Positions 8,599-17,309 of a stretch of 26,538 bases of DNA are shown one piece after another. Below the pieces are notes generated by a model. It was not told the origin of the DNA, made no database searches, and saw only the letters and a list, made by a program, of their open reading frames with translations. The first letter of the stretch is position 1, and every line of letters starts with the position of its first letter. Both the position numbers and the translations under genes were made by a program. Location: contig WRMM01000001.1 of the NCBI GenBank assembly GCA_009777135.1, positions 1 through 26,538 of the forward strand, in the 5' to 3' direction. Origin of the DNA: Candidatus Fibrimonadales bacterium. GTDB taxonomy: Bacteria > Fibrobacterota > Fibrobacteria > Fibrobacterales > Fibrobacteraceae.

Positions 8599-9912
8599 AT
8601 CCACAAAGGTTATGTAAAGGAACAGGGCTATAAAGAATGCCAATGCGCCACGCTGAATGCGGGCTTGAGTTTTTTGGGAAAGCGGCTTGCCTCTTATTTT
8701 TTCAACAAACAAAAATAAAAGAATGCCGCCATCTGTAACTGCAAGAGGCAGCAAATTCATAACGCCTAAATTTATGCTTATCAAAGCAAGCAAAAATACA
8801 GCCTTTTGCAAATTTTCTAGCCACACAAGACCTATCACCTGAACAATGCCAACAGGACCGCTCATAGCCCTCAATTTAACTTCGCCCTTAATGATGCGAT
8901 AAATGTATCTAAACACAGTGGTTCCCATAATGCAGCTCCTTTCTGCCGCCATCACAAGAGCCGTGCCAAGCGGCTGGGGAACAACCTTTAATTCATCAAA
9001 CTGGGCAAGCCCCATTTGAACCCCAATCAAATAACGCTCAATTTCTTCGTTCCAAAGCGGAGACATTGCCGCGCTTAGGGTATCAACATTTTTTTCGCTT
9101 GCCCGCAAAAACACAACTTCCACTTCTCTTCCCTCAGAAGCAGAAACAATGTCTATCATATCTTGATAATAGCCCACAATATGGCCATCCACGCTCAAAA
9201 TGGTATCGTTCTGCTTTATGCCCGCCTTGCCTGCTGGGGAATCTTCTTTAGGAGAAGAAGCCACAAAAACCCTGTGCCTTGGGTGAATGCCTGCATTGCC
9301 AATTCCCAAATTGCCAAGTTCGCGCGGAACAATCGCAACCGCTTTTCTGCCTTCTTTTGTTCCAATTTCCAAGGCAATGCTTCTGCCTATGCTAATTGCC
9401 ATTTCTTCGCGCAATTTTTCCCAGCCATTTGCCTTTTTGCCCGCAATGGTAAAGATGGTATCGCCGCTTGCAATGCCAGCTTCTTCTGCCGCAGATTCCG
9501 GTTCCACAATGCCAACAACAAGCCTATCGGAAACAGGCTCGGGATTGCCTATCATGTAAATTCCGGTGAGCAGAAAAAAAGCGAAAATTATATTGAATGC
9601 AGGACCGGCAATGGCTATCAAAGCCCGTTTCCAAATAGCTTGCACATGAAAGTCGTCTGGTCTGTTTTGGCGTATCTGCTCTGGGTCTTCGCCTGCCATG
9701 GCTACATAGCCGCCAAAAGGAATTGCGGATATGCAGTAGGTGGTTCCGTTTCTGGTTATTTTCAAAAGTTTTTTTCCAAATCCTATTGAAAAAGTCAAAA
9801 CCCGAACTTTGCAAAACTTAGCCGCCAAAAAGTGCCCAAGCTCATGCACAAAAACAAGCAAGCTCAAACCAAGCAAACCTAAAATTATTTGAAATATCCA
9901 GTAGATGCTCAT
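8569..9912 (-). CDS. rseP: RIP metalloprotease RseP (M50) with two PDZ domains
   Basis: HELGH motif, FSIGFG, PFGGYV, IAIAGPAFN, two PDZ-like SAAEEAGI/SPAGKAGI segments, NLLPL..DGG. Its 3' end overlaps the convergent ORF by 30 nt. Confidence 0.92.
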   Translation of the reverse strand: MSIYWIFQIILGLLGLSLLVFVHELGHFLAAKFCKVRVLTFSIGFGKKLLKITRNGTTYCISAIPFGGYVAMAGEDPEQIRQNRPDDFHVQAIWKRALIAIAGPAFNIIFAFFLLTGIYMIGNPEPVSDRLVVGIVEPESAAEEAGIASGDTIFTIAGKKANGWEKLREEMAISIGRSIALEIGTKEGRKAVAIVPRELGNLGIGNAGIHPRHRVFVASSPKEDSPAGKAGIKQNDTILSVDGHIVGYYQDMIDIVSASEGREVEVVFLRASEKNVDTLSAAMSPLWNEEIERYLIGVQMGLAQFDELKVVPQPLGTALVMAAERSCIMGTTVFRYIYRIIKGEVKLRAMSGPVGIVQVIGLVWLENLQKAVFLLALISINLGVMNLLPLAVTDGGILLFLFVEKIRGKPLSQKTQARIQRGALAFFIALFLYITFVDLSRGAMLMR

Positions 9913-9917
9913 ATTTT

Positions 9918-10084
9918 AGTTGAGAGTTGGGAGTTGGGAGTTGGGAGTTGGGAGTTGAGAGTTGAGAGTTGAGAGTTGATGCAGAATTAAAAGTTTTAGT
10001 TTAAATGAAGTTGAAGCGAGGGGGAGACCTACCCCTGCAAAACAAATATTATAATTCTCAACTCTCAACTCTCAACTCTCAACT
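9918..10084. repeat. Inverted pair of heptamer arrays: (AGTTGRG)x8 plus a partial unit at 9918-9979 and (CTCAACT)x4 at 10057-10084
   Basis: Counted directly; the two arrays are reverse complements around a ~77-bp core. Confidence 0.9.
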
Positions 10085-10922
10085 AGTTATTGCTTTTGCA
10101 CTTGCAATTTAACGCTTTTTCTTTAGCGACAATTTCTTGCTGCTTGTAAGTTCCCATTCTTTTTAGCACGTTGTTCCAGTCTACCAAGTGGGCGTCAAAT
10201 TCGGGGCCGTCAACGCAGGCGAATTTTACCGTGTCTCCTACGGTGACTCTGCAGCAGCCGCACATGCCGGTGCCATCTACCATGGTGCTGTTAAGGCTTG
10301 CGAAGGTTTTTATGCCGTAGGGTCTGGTTGTTTCTGCGCAGAATTTCATCATTATCGGGGGACCTATGGCTATGGCGTAGCCAGGCTTGCTTTCGCAAAG
10401 TTCTTTTAGAGGCTCGGTTACCAGGCATTTGCGCCCGTAAGAGCCATCGTCTGTGCAAACGATAAATTCATCGGAAACGCTTTTTAGCTCTTTTTCCATG
10501 ATTACCAAGTCGTGCCGCCTTGCGCCTAAAATAACGGTTACTTTGTTGCCGGCTTTTTTAAGAGCTTGCGCTATAGGGTACATGGGCGCTGCGCCAATGC
10601 CTCCGCAAACGCAAACCGCATGGCCAAAGTTTTCAATGTGAGTGGGCGAGCCTAGGGGACCGGTTAAAACGGGAATATCGTCTCCAAGCTTAAATTTGGC
10701 TAAATCTATGGTGCTTTTGCCAATTGTTTGAAAAACTAGGTCTATTGTTCCCTTTTCTTTGTTTGCATCGGCTATGGTAAGCGGGATTCTTTCTCCTGTT
10801 TCCAAGTCTGTCTGCAAAATTATAAACTGCCCCGCCTGCCTTTCTTCTGCTATAAGCGGCGCTTCTACCACAAATTTATACACATCGCTAGAAAACTGCT
10901 CTATTTCCAAAATTTTCGCCAT
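10083..10922 (-). CDS. NfnA/SudB-like FAD/NAD-binding, [2Fe-2S] subunit (ferredoxin-NADP+ reductase/sulfide dehydrogenase type)
   Basis: AGQFIIL, ERIPLTIAD, GPLGSP, GGIGAAP, IGPPIMMK, MVDGTGMCGCCRV, ACVDGPEFD. Confidence 0.9.
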   Translation of the reverse strand: MAKILEIEQFSSDVYKFVVEAPLIAEERQAGQFIILQTDLETGERIPLTIADANKEKGTIDLVFQTIGKSTIDLAKFKLGDDIPVLTGPLGSPTHIENFGHAVCVCGGIGAAPMYPIAQALKKAGNKVTVILGARRHDLVIMEKELKSVSDEFIVCTDDGSYGRKCLVTEPLKELCESKPGYAIAIGPPIMMKFCAETTRPYGIKTFASLNSTMVDGTGMCGCCRVTVGDTVKFACVDGPEFDAHLVDWNNVLKRMGTYKQQEIVAKEKALNCKCKSNN

Positions 10923-10928
10923 GAAACG

Positions 10929-10939
10929 AATATAGTAAT
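10929..10939 (-). promoter_or_regulatory. -10 motif ATTACTATATT, 6 nt before ATG 10922 (likely leaderless)
   Basis: Same spacing as at ompH, no SD. Confidence 0.6.
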
Positions 10940-10954
10940 CGCTGATTAAGTCGC

Positions 10955-11067
10955 TTTGGGTTTGGGGTATGGGGTATAGGGTATGGGGAATTTCACAAAA
11001 AACGGCTTATATTCGCTAAAAACGGCATATTTTTGCATTGCCCATACCCCATACCCAAGCATTGAGT
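10955..11067. repeat. Inverted pair of GGGGTAT heptamer arrays (10955-10991 and 11041-11057) with flanks shared with 17310-17350
   Basis: Reverse complement of 11041-11067 matches 17310-17336 at 26/27 positions. Confidence 0.8.
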
Positions 11068-11080
11068 TAATCATTGCTTA

Positions 11081-11767
11081 CTATATCAAATCCTCAATTT
11101 TCATTTGCCCAGGCGCTAAAGCGGGACCTATTGAGGCGTAGGTTAAATTTGCGCCCTCTTTTAGCGAGCGAATGCGGCTTTCTTTTCCATGCTCGCCCAT
11201 TGCGAAAGCGGAGAAAAGTTCAAATTTTTTGCCGTATTTTTTTGCGAAATCGTATAAGGGCTGAATATCGTTTTTTGAATGCGCCATTGCCGCTACTTTG
11301 CAGCCTTGCGTTTTTAATTCAAGGCATTCCTCGGCAAAATCGCTTAGCTCCTGTTCACTGGGAATTCTGTTAAACAAATGCCATGAGCATATAATTTTTT
11401 TGCCGATTTTTTTTGCCAAAGAAAAATCCTCGCCTCGCTCAATGTCTATCCAGTCCAAGTCTTTGCCGGCAAATAAAGCCATACGTTCAGCGGCTCTGCT
11501 GTCTTTGAATGCGCCGCCATCCTTTTCTAAGCGAATTGTGCCAAGCCTTAGAGCTTTTGGGTTAAGCTTGGAAACTTTTTGCGAAACCTTGTTCCATTCG
11601 GCAATGTCTTTGAACAAATCATAGCGAATTTCCAAAATCCCGCACTTTTTAATGGCTGCTGCTTCTGCCCCAGCGCTGTTTGCAAGAGCATTTCGCAAAA
11701 CTTCAGGACTAATTAATCCTGCTATAAAATATACTATATTCTTTTTTGTGGCAAATCCCTTAGGCAT
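11081..11767 (-). CDS. aroD: Type I 3-dehydroquinate dehydratase (start at 11767 or 11806 uncertain)
   Basis: ILEIRYDLF, TIRLEKDGG, DWIDIE, SWH, KVAAM, AFAMG..G..SRI, LTYA...APGQ. Confidence 0.85.
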   Translation of the reverse strand: MPKGFATKKNIVYFIAGLISPEVLRNALANSAGAEAAAIKKCGILEIRYDLFKDIAEWNKVSQKVSKLNPKALRLGTIRLEKDGGAFKDSRAAERMALFAGKDLDWIDIERGEDFSLAKKIGKKIICSWHLFNRIPSEQELSDFAEECLELKTQGCKVAAMAHSKNDIQPLYDFAKKYGKKFELFSAFAMGEHGKESRIRSLKEGANLTYASIGPALAPGQMKIEDLI

Positions 11768-13034
11768 ATTCTTCTCGCGGCTTGCTCTTGAAGACAAGCG
11801 GTTCATAAAGAAAATAGGAATTTCTTTAATTGTTTTGCTTGTTTTGAGCGCTTTGGGCTGGTATATTTACATGAATTTTGCGACAGAGCGGGCAGAAAAG
11901 CAAGTATTAGGGCAAAATCAGTTTGATTTTTTGGATTTGGCAAGTTTTGATACGGTGCATGTTCCAGAAATCCAAGGTTTTGAGGAACCGTCTTTTGACA
12001 CTGCGCAAAAAACAGAAGATATCCCTATTGGCAGTTTTGATGAGCAAGCGCATTTGCAGTTAATGAGGCAAAACGCAAATCAATACAATTATAAAGCGGC
12101 GCACAGCCATGGAGCTAGAATTGCAAGCTTTCTTCTTGCAGATTCGGAGCGCAGAGCAGAGTGGGGCCGTATTTTGCTAGAGTCTGGCAGGCCTAGAGAA
12201 GCGGCTTCTGTTTTGCAGAGGATAGTCGAAGAAGATGTCGTTAAAACTGAGATTGCCATAGATATGGCCTTTGCCATGCTGCGTTCTGGCAATGCGGATG
12301 GCGCAATAGAGTTTTTGGATGAGAAAATCAAAAACAGCAATGATATGGACTTGATTGCCGCAAAAGCGGCAATTATCGGGGAGCATCCAGATGCAAAAAG
12401 ACGTTCTGCCGCAGAGTCGCTTTTTTTAAGAAGCGCAAGGAGCAATTCGCCAAATGCAAATTATTGGTACGGCAGATTTTTAATGGAGCGAGGCGATTAT
12501 AAAAACTCCAAAACTTATTTAGAGCGAGCAATCAAGGCAAAGCCAAACGAGCCTCGCTACATAGCAAGGCTTGGCATGGCGGAGTTTTATTTAAAGCGCG
12601 ATTCAAACGCCGAGGCTCTTTACAGAAAGGCTTTGGGGATAAACCCTTATGACCATAACACATGGTTTAATTTGGGGGAGCTTTACTTAAGCTTGGCAAA
12701 TGAGAGCGCTCGCCCTCAAGACATTAGGCAAAGAACTCACAGAGCTTTGGAAGCCTACATGAAATCCGTAAATATTGATTCTCTGCATCCAAGAGCGAAT
12801 TACCGCATTGGCATTATATTAAATGGCAACGCTCAGCACAAAGAAGCTATTAATCATTTGAATATCGCTTTGGAAAAAATGCCAGGAGACATCCCTGTGA
12901 TGCAGCAATTAAGCTCCGCTCACATAAAAATCGGCGATACAGCAACATCGGTTAATTATTTAAATACTATTTTGCAGTTAGACCCGTTTAATAGAATAGC
13001 GGCAAGTGAACTTAACAGGATTAGAGGATTATGA
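11748..13034 (+). CDS. Membrane-anchored TPR-repeat protein; proposed GTG start at 11748
   Basis: Single N-terminal hydrophobic segment then multiple TPR-like helical repeats. In-frame GTG lies 7 nt after TATACTATATT (11730-11740). The upstream ATG at 11652 lies deep inside aroD. Confidence 0.7.
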   Translation: MANPLGIFFSRLALEDKRFIKKIGISLIVLLVLSALGWYIYMNFATERAEKQVLGQNQFDFLDLASFDTVHVPEIQGFEEPSFDTAQKTEDIPIGSFDEQAHLQLMRQNANQYNYKAAHSHGARIASFLLADSERRAEWGRILLESGRPREAASVLQRIVEEDVVKTEIAIDMAFAMLRSGNADGAIEFLDEKIKNSNDMDLIAAKAAIIGEHPDAKRRSAAESLFLRSARSNSPNANYWYGRFLMERGDYKNSKTYLERAIKAKPNEPRYIARLGMAEFYLKRDSNAEALYRKALGINPYDHNTWFNLGELYLSLANESARPQDIRQRTHRALEAYMKSVNIDSLHPRANYRIGIILNGNAQHKEAINHLNIALEKMPGDIPVMQQLSSAHIKIGDTATSVNYLNTILQLDPFNRIAASELNRIRGL

Positions 13035-13327
13035 AAGGCGCAAGCAACATTACAAAAAAAGATCTGGTAAATGAGATTTCTTCAAGAACTGGTTTGCCGC
13101 AGGTGGAAACAAAAAAAATCGTAGAATGCTTTTTGGATTCAGTGGCTCGTTCTTTGAAAGGCGGGAACAACATTGAAATCCGCGGCTTTGGCCGTTTCAA
13201 AATTCGCAGCAGAAACGGCTACAAGGCACGCAATCCTCGCACCGGCGAACCTATAGAGGTGGAAGCCGGCAAAAAACCGGTTTTTGAACCGAGCAGGGAA
13301 CTGAGGAAGGTATTGAATGTTGGCTAA
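13031..13327 (+). CDS. HU/IHF family DNA-binding protein
   Basis: ITKKDLV, IEIRGFGRF, ARNPRTGE, PVFEPS; ATGA overlap with the TPR gene stop. Confidence 0.92.
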   Translation: MKGASNITKKDLVNEISSRTGLPQVETKKIVECFLDSVARSLKGGNNIEIRGFGRFKIRSRNGYKARNPRTGEPIEVEAGKKPVFEPSRELRKVLNVG

Positions 13328-14184
13328 ATTTCCAAATGATCTATCAACCGCGTTTTGCCAAAATAACACGCCAGCAAAATAACCGCATCTTTCAAAATCT
13401 TTGTTTTCACAGGCATTAAATTATCCTTGTTCGCTATCTCAGCATATTGAACTTTGCCGCCTGCCTGTTCTATTTTTTCAAAAATCGCTTTTTTTAATTT
13501 CGCAACAGAATTAATTCCCCGCCTATACATTTTTTTTGCCTCTAGCATCCCAACGTAAATTGAACTTGCAGCGGCACGCTCCTCTTTGCTCATATACTCG
13601 TTGCGACTAGACATTGCAAGCCCGCTTTTTTCCCTTATGGTTTTTGCTCCGATAATGCGGACGGGAAAATTCAAATCACAGGTCATTTTGCGAATTACAT
13701 GGAGCTGCTGAAAATCCTTTTCGCCAAAATACGCATTGCTTGGCAAAGCTATGTTGAAAAGCTTTGCCACCACGCTCAAAACGCCTGCAAAGTGACCTGG
13801 GCGGCAAGCTCCGCAATATATGTTCTCTATCTCAACGTTGCGCACATAAGTTTGCAAAGACATTGGGTACATGTCTTTGGGAGCTGGCGCAAAAATAATA
13901 TCCGCTCCAGCCTCAGCGCATAGCTTTGCATCCGCTTGCAATCTGCGAGGATATTTTGCAAAATCTTCGTTTGCTCCAAACTGCACGGGATTCACAAAAA
14001 TGCTGACTATGGTTATATTGTTGTTTTTAACAGACATCTCAACCAAGGAAATATGGCCTTTATGCAAAGCGCCCATGGTAGGAACCAAACCGATGCTCTT
14101 CTTTTGAGCGAGCATTTTTTTTGAAAGCCTCTGCAATACAAGCGGGCTGCGGATTATTTTGATTTTTTTTGCATTTTTTCGCAT
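13324..14184 (-). CDS. panC: Pantoate--beta-alanine ligase; start revised to MRKNAKK at 14184
   Basis: VPTMGALHKGH, SIFVNPVQF, RPGHFAGV, FGEKDFQQ, GLAMSSRN, RLIDH. Confidence 0.93.
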   Translation of the reverse strand: MRKNAKKIKIIRSPLVLQRLSKKMLAQKKSIGLVPTMGALHKGHISLVEMSVKNNNITIVSIFVNPVQFGANEDFAKYPRRLQADAKLCAEAGADIIFAPAPKDMYPMSLQTYVRNVEIENIYCGACRPGHFAGVLSVVAKLFNIALPSNAYFGEKDFQQLHVIRKMTCDLNFPVRIIGAKTIREKSGLAMSSRNEYMSKEERAAASSIYVGMLEAKKMYRRGINSVAKLKKAIFEKIEQAGGKVQYAEIANKDNLMPVKTKILKDAVILLACYFGKTRLIDHLEI

Positions 14185-14999
14185 GTATTTTCCAAGGGGC
14201 AAAACGAGAACAATGCTGCAGTAAAAAACGGCATCCAAAGGGTGTAGCATATATATATGATTACCGAATTCAGCAAACTTTCAGAAGCTGTCATTGGCTG
14301 TCCTATAAAGTGAAAAATCGCATCCATAATAATTAAAACGGCAATAGTGAGCAAACTAACTGGAATAGTTTTGCGAACTCCATGCGCTATTGCTCCGCTT
14401 AGAGTTTTCTTGCTCTTTGCATCTTTGCGAATTTGATAGCTAATCACAAAAATCAAATGAAATGTATCTGCAAAAAATACGGAAATAAGCCCGAACCACG
14501 CCAAATTTGAAACGCCCAAAAACAATAGCCACGCTGAAAGGGAATAAGCCAAAAGAATAAGAGGCAGCACAGCTTTTACAAGCATGCTGCGTATAAAGAA
14601 AAAGCCTGTGATGGACATTATCAAAATGCAAGCCAAAAGAATTTGCATTATATCTTTGAATTCTCCAATTGCAATGAACAGCAAAGGATTAAAAAGCAAA
14701 AAGAAAAACCAAAGCAAACCGCATTTGAAACCAAAAAACATCCCTCTGAAAACAAACAGCAGCAAAGCGGCAATAATAACCCAAAGATTTGCTGTTATTG
14801 CGCTTAAATCATATTGCGCAAAAACTGCTGCAAGATTTTCTATTTGCTCTGCAAGCATTGTTGCCGAAATCAAAACTCCATCTATATTAGACAGAGCCAC
14901 TACGCTAAGCACAATCATTATTAACACTTCCGGCAAGCGAAAACGAATTGAATACTCAGCAAGTTTTTGCGCCAAAGATGTTTTTTCTCTTAAATCCAT
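14154..14999 (-). CDS. Hypothetical multi-pass membrane protein
   Basis: 281 aa with about seven hydrophobic segments. TTTTCTATATT (15009-15019, minus strand) lies 9 nt upstream. Overlaps the panC start, suggesting an operon. Confidence 0.7.
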   Translation of the reverse strand: MDLREKTSLAQKLAEYSIRFRLPEVLIMIVLSVVALSNIDGVLISATMLAEQIENLAAVFAQYDLSAITANLWVIIAALLLFVFRGMFFGFKCGLLWFFFLLFNPLLFIAIGEFKDIMQILLACILIMSITGFFFIRSMLVKAVLPLILLAYSLSAWLLFLGVSNLAWFGLISVFFADTFHLIFVISYQIRKDAKSKKTLSGAIAHGVRKTIPVSLLTIAVLIIMDAIFHFIGQPMTASESLLNSVIIYICYTLWMPFFTAALFSFCPLENTCEKMQKKSK

Positions 15000-15050
15000 C
15001 AGAGCCTTAATATAGAAAACGCTGACTGCTATTTTTAATTAAGAACACCC

Positions 15051-15098
15051 TTGACAAAAACATTTAATATTTCTATATTAAATGCAAAGCTAAGGAGG
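15051..15098 (+). promoter_or_regulatory. Near-consensus sigma70 promoter (TTGACA-17-TATATT) and strong SD AAGGAGG
   Basis: TTGACA 15051-15056, TATATT 15074-15079, AAGGAGG 15092-15098, ATG 15103. Confidence 0.8.
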
Positions 15099-15102
15099 AA
15101 GA

Positions 15103-15360
15103 ATGAAAACATTAGCGGATGAGCTAAGAGAAATGGCTCAAATTACAAAAGAAAGGATGTATTTGCAATGGAAAAAAGAAAATGTAGATACAGATTTTTT
15201 GTTAAGGCTTAAAGAAGCTGCGAATGCGGGAGCCGGTGGCATAGTTATACAATGCCGAAGAGATTATGAAGTAGATCATTGGGCAAAATGGGCAAAAGAC
15301 CACAATTTTTACTTTGGACAGAAGAACAAAGAAGATTATGAGCTGAAGTGGCTGATTTAA
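15103..15360 (+). CDS. Small hypothetical protein (85 aa)
   Basis: Fills the gap between two minus-strand genes, with near-consensus promoter and SD. Confidence 0.8.
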   Translation: MKTLADELREMAQITKERMYLQWKKENVDTDFLLRLKEAANAGAGGIVIQCRRDYEVDHWAKWAKDHNFYFGQKNKEDYELKWLI

Positions 15361-15361
15361 T

Positions 15362-16657
15362 TCACCACCACCCCGCCGAGCGGTAACTTTCGCTCAGCCT
15401 CAAACTTGCATGCTCAGGGTTTCTTAAAATCGCTGCTTCAAACTCTGAGCAGAATTTTTGCAGATAGCTTTGCACAGGAATTGCCAAGGCGGTGGCTAGG
15501 GGGCAAATTGTTGTGTATTCAAAGCCTTTGCAAAGGCTGCGCAAAAGCTCAATATCGCCGTCTTTGCCTTTGCCGTTTGCAATGTTGGAAATTATGCGCT
15601 GAACATAACCCGTTCCCTCTCTGCAAGGCGTGCATTGCCCGCAAGATTCATGCGCATAGAATTTGCCTAGCGTGTTGAGCATTTCCACAATGCTGTGGGT
15701 ATCGTTAAACGGCATAACCGCGCCTGAGCCGAACATGGTTCCCATGTCGGCAAGGCTTTCATAATCCATGTTTGCTTTTTTGCATTCCTCAGCGGTTAAA
15801 ACCGGAGTTGATGAGCCGCCGGGAATGCAGCCCTTCAAATTGCCTGCAATGCCGCCGCAATATTCCTCGCTTTCCAAAAGCTCCATTAATGGGATGCCTA
15901 TGCGCGCCTCGTAAATTCCTCTTTTTTTTACATCGCCAGAAACGCAGAATACCTTTGTGCCACCAGCTTTGGGGGTTCCGAGTTTTAAATATTCTTCTGG
16001 GCCGTTTTCCAAAATCCATGGCAGAGACATTAACGTTTCAACATTATTAACGCAAGTGGGCATGTTCCACGCACCGCTCACAGCCGGAAAAGGCGGTTTT
16101 AAACGAGGCTGCCCGCGCCTGCCCTCCAAGCTGTTTATCAAGGCTGTTTCTTCGCCGCAAATATAAGCACCCGCGCCTCTGTGCACAGCGATATCTAAAC
16201 TGTATTTTGTTCCGCATATATTTTTTCCGAGAATGCCTGCTTTATAGGCTTCTCTAATTGCCTCTGCAAGGGTTTCTATGGCCGGCAAAAATTCGCCGCG
16301 AACATATATATATGCGTTTCTTGCTCCCAATGCCCAGCCTGCAATTATAATTCCTTCAATTAAACGATGAGGATCTTCCCTCATTAAATAATGGTCTTTA
16401 AAAGTTCCAGGTTCGCCTTCGTCTGCATTCACGGCTATGTAAACCGGCTTGCCGCCTCTTGGCACAAAGCTCCACTTAAGTCCTGTTGAAAAGCCTGCGC
16501 CGCCTCTGCCTCTTAACCCGGAGCGTTGAACCAAATCTATAAGCTCAAATTGCGAAAGGTCAAAAAGGCGGCTTCCGATATTGGAATAACCGCCTAGTTT
16601 TTTATAAGCATCAATCTTTTGGGCGTTTTTCCCAAAATTCTGCGTGCAGACTTTCAT
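15362..16657 (-). CDS. nuoF: NADH-binding FMN/[4Fe-4S] subunit NuoF
   Basis: GLRGRGGAGFSTGLKWSF, NADEGEPGTFKD, GAGAYICGEETAL, ESCGQCTPCREG, ICPL. Confidence 0.93.
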   Translation of the reverse strand: MKVCTQNFGKNAQKIDAYKKLGGYSNIGSRLFDLSQFELIDLVQRSGLRGRGGAGFSTGLKWSFVPRGGKPVYIAVNADEGEPGTFKDHYLMREDPHRLIEGIIIAGWALGARNAYIYVRGEFLPAIETLAEAIREAYKAGILGKNICGTKYSLDIAVHRGAGAYICGEETALINSLEGRRGQPRLKPPFPAVSGAWNMPTCVNNVETLMSLPWILENGPEEYLKLGTPKAGGTKVFCVSGDVKKRGIYEARIGIPLMELLESEEYCGGIAGNLKGCIPGGSSTPVLTAEECKKANMDYESLADMGTMFGSGAVMPFNDTHSIVEMLNTLGKFYAHESCGQCTPCREGTGYVQRIISNIANGKGKDGDIELLRSLCKGFEYTTICPLATALAIPVQSYLQKFCSEFEAAILRNPEHASLRLSESYRSAGWW

Positions 16658-16661
16658 TGAA

Positions 16662-17240
16662 TTACCAGTTTTCCCCTAAAACCTCAAAGTGGGCTTGCGG
16701 GTGCAAACATGCGGGGCATAGCTTTGGAGCCTCATCAGCTTCGTGGAGAAAGCCGCAGTTCATGCAGCGCCAAACTATTTTGCCGTCTTTCCGGAACACT
16801 TTGCCATCTTTCAAATTGTTGTAAAGATCGCGGTAGCGTTTTCCGTGCTGTTTTTCGGCAATGCAAATCATGCTGAAGCAGGTGGCTACATCGTTGAAGC
16901 CTTCATCCTTTGCGATTTGCGCAAATTTTGGATAAATTTCTTTCCACTCCTCTTCTTCGCCATTTGCAGCGGCGTCCAAGTTTTGCAACGTTGTGCCGGT
17001 TGCGCCAGCAGGGTAAGCTGCGGTGATTTCCACTACGCCGCCTTGCAAAAAGCTCCAAAAGCGTTTTGCGTGTTCTTTTTCTTGATTGGCAGTTTCTTCA
17101 AAAATAGAGGCAATTTGCACTAATCCTTCTTTCTTTGCAACTCCAGCCCAAAATGTATAGCGATTGCGCGCCTGCGATTCGCCAGCAAAAGCAGTAAGCA
17201 GATTTTTCTCTGTCTGCGTTCCTTTGATGTCCTTTGACAT
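16662..17240 (-). CDS. rbr: Rubrerythrin
   Basis: AFAGESQARNRY, EKEHAK, EKQH di-iron motifs; C-terminal CMNC...CPAC rubredoxin site; SD AAGGAG upstream. Confidence 0.95.
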   Translation of the reverse strand: MSKDIKGTQTEKNLLTAFAGESQARNRYTFWAGVAKKEGLVQIASIFEETANQEKEHAKRFWSFLQGGVVEITAAYPAGATGTTLQNLDAAANGEEEEWKEIYPKFAQIAKDEGFNDVATCFSMICIAEKQHGKRYRDLYNNLKDGKVFRKDGKIVWRCMNCGFLHEADEAPKLCPACLHPQAHFEVLGENW

Positions 17241-17309
17241 ACACTATCTCCTTAAATAAAGGTTTGAAGGGAGTAATTTAGAAAAATAGAATATCTACAA
17301 TGCTGATTT

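Noticed and set aside
6097-9814. Long antisense and alternative-frame ORFs (e.g. 6097-6609, 7896-8396, 9163-9789)
   Set aside because: They shadow well-supported genes, and I recognised no protein motifs in them.
9918-10084. Repeat arrays as a CRISPR array
   Set aside because: Units are 7 nt and contiguous with no unique spacers; no cas genes in the window.
13324-13327. 4-nt convergent stop overlap (HU/panC) and 30-nt overlap at 8569-8598
   Set aside because: Short convergent overlaps are common in compact genomes, and no further signal was seen.
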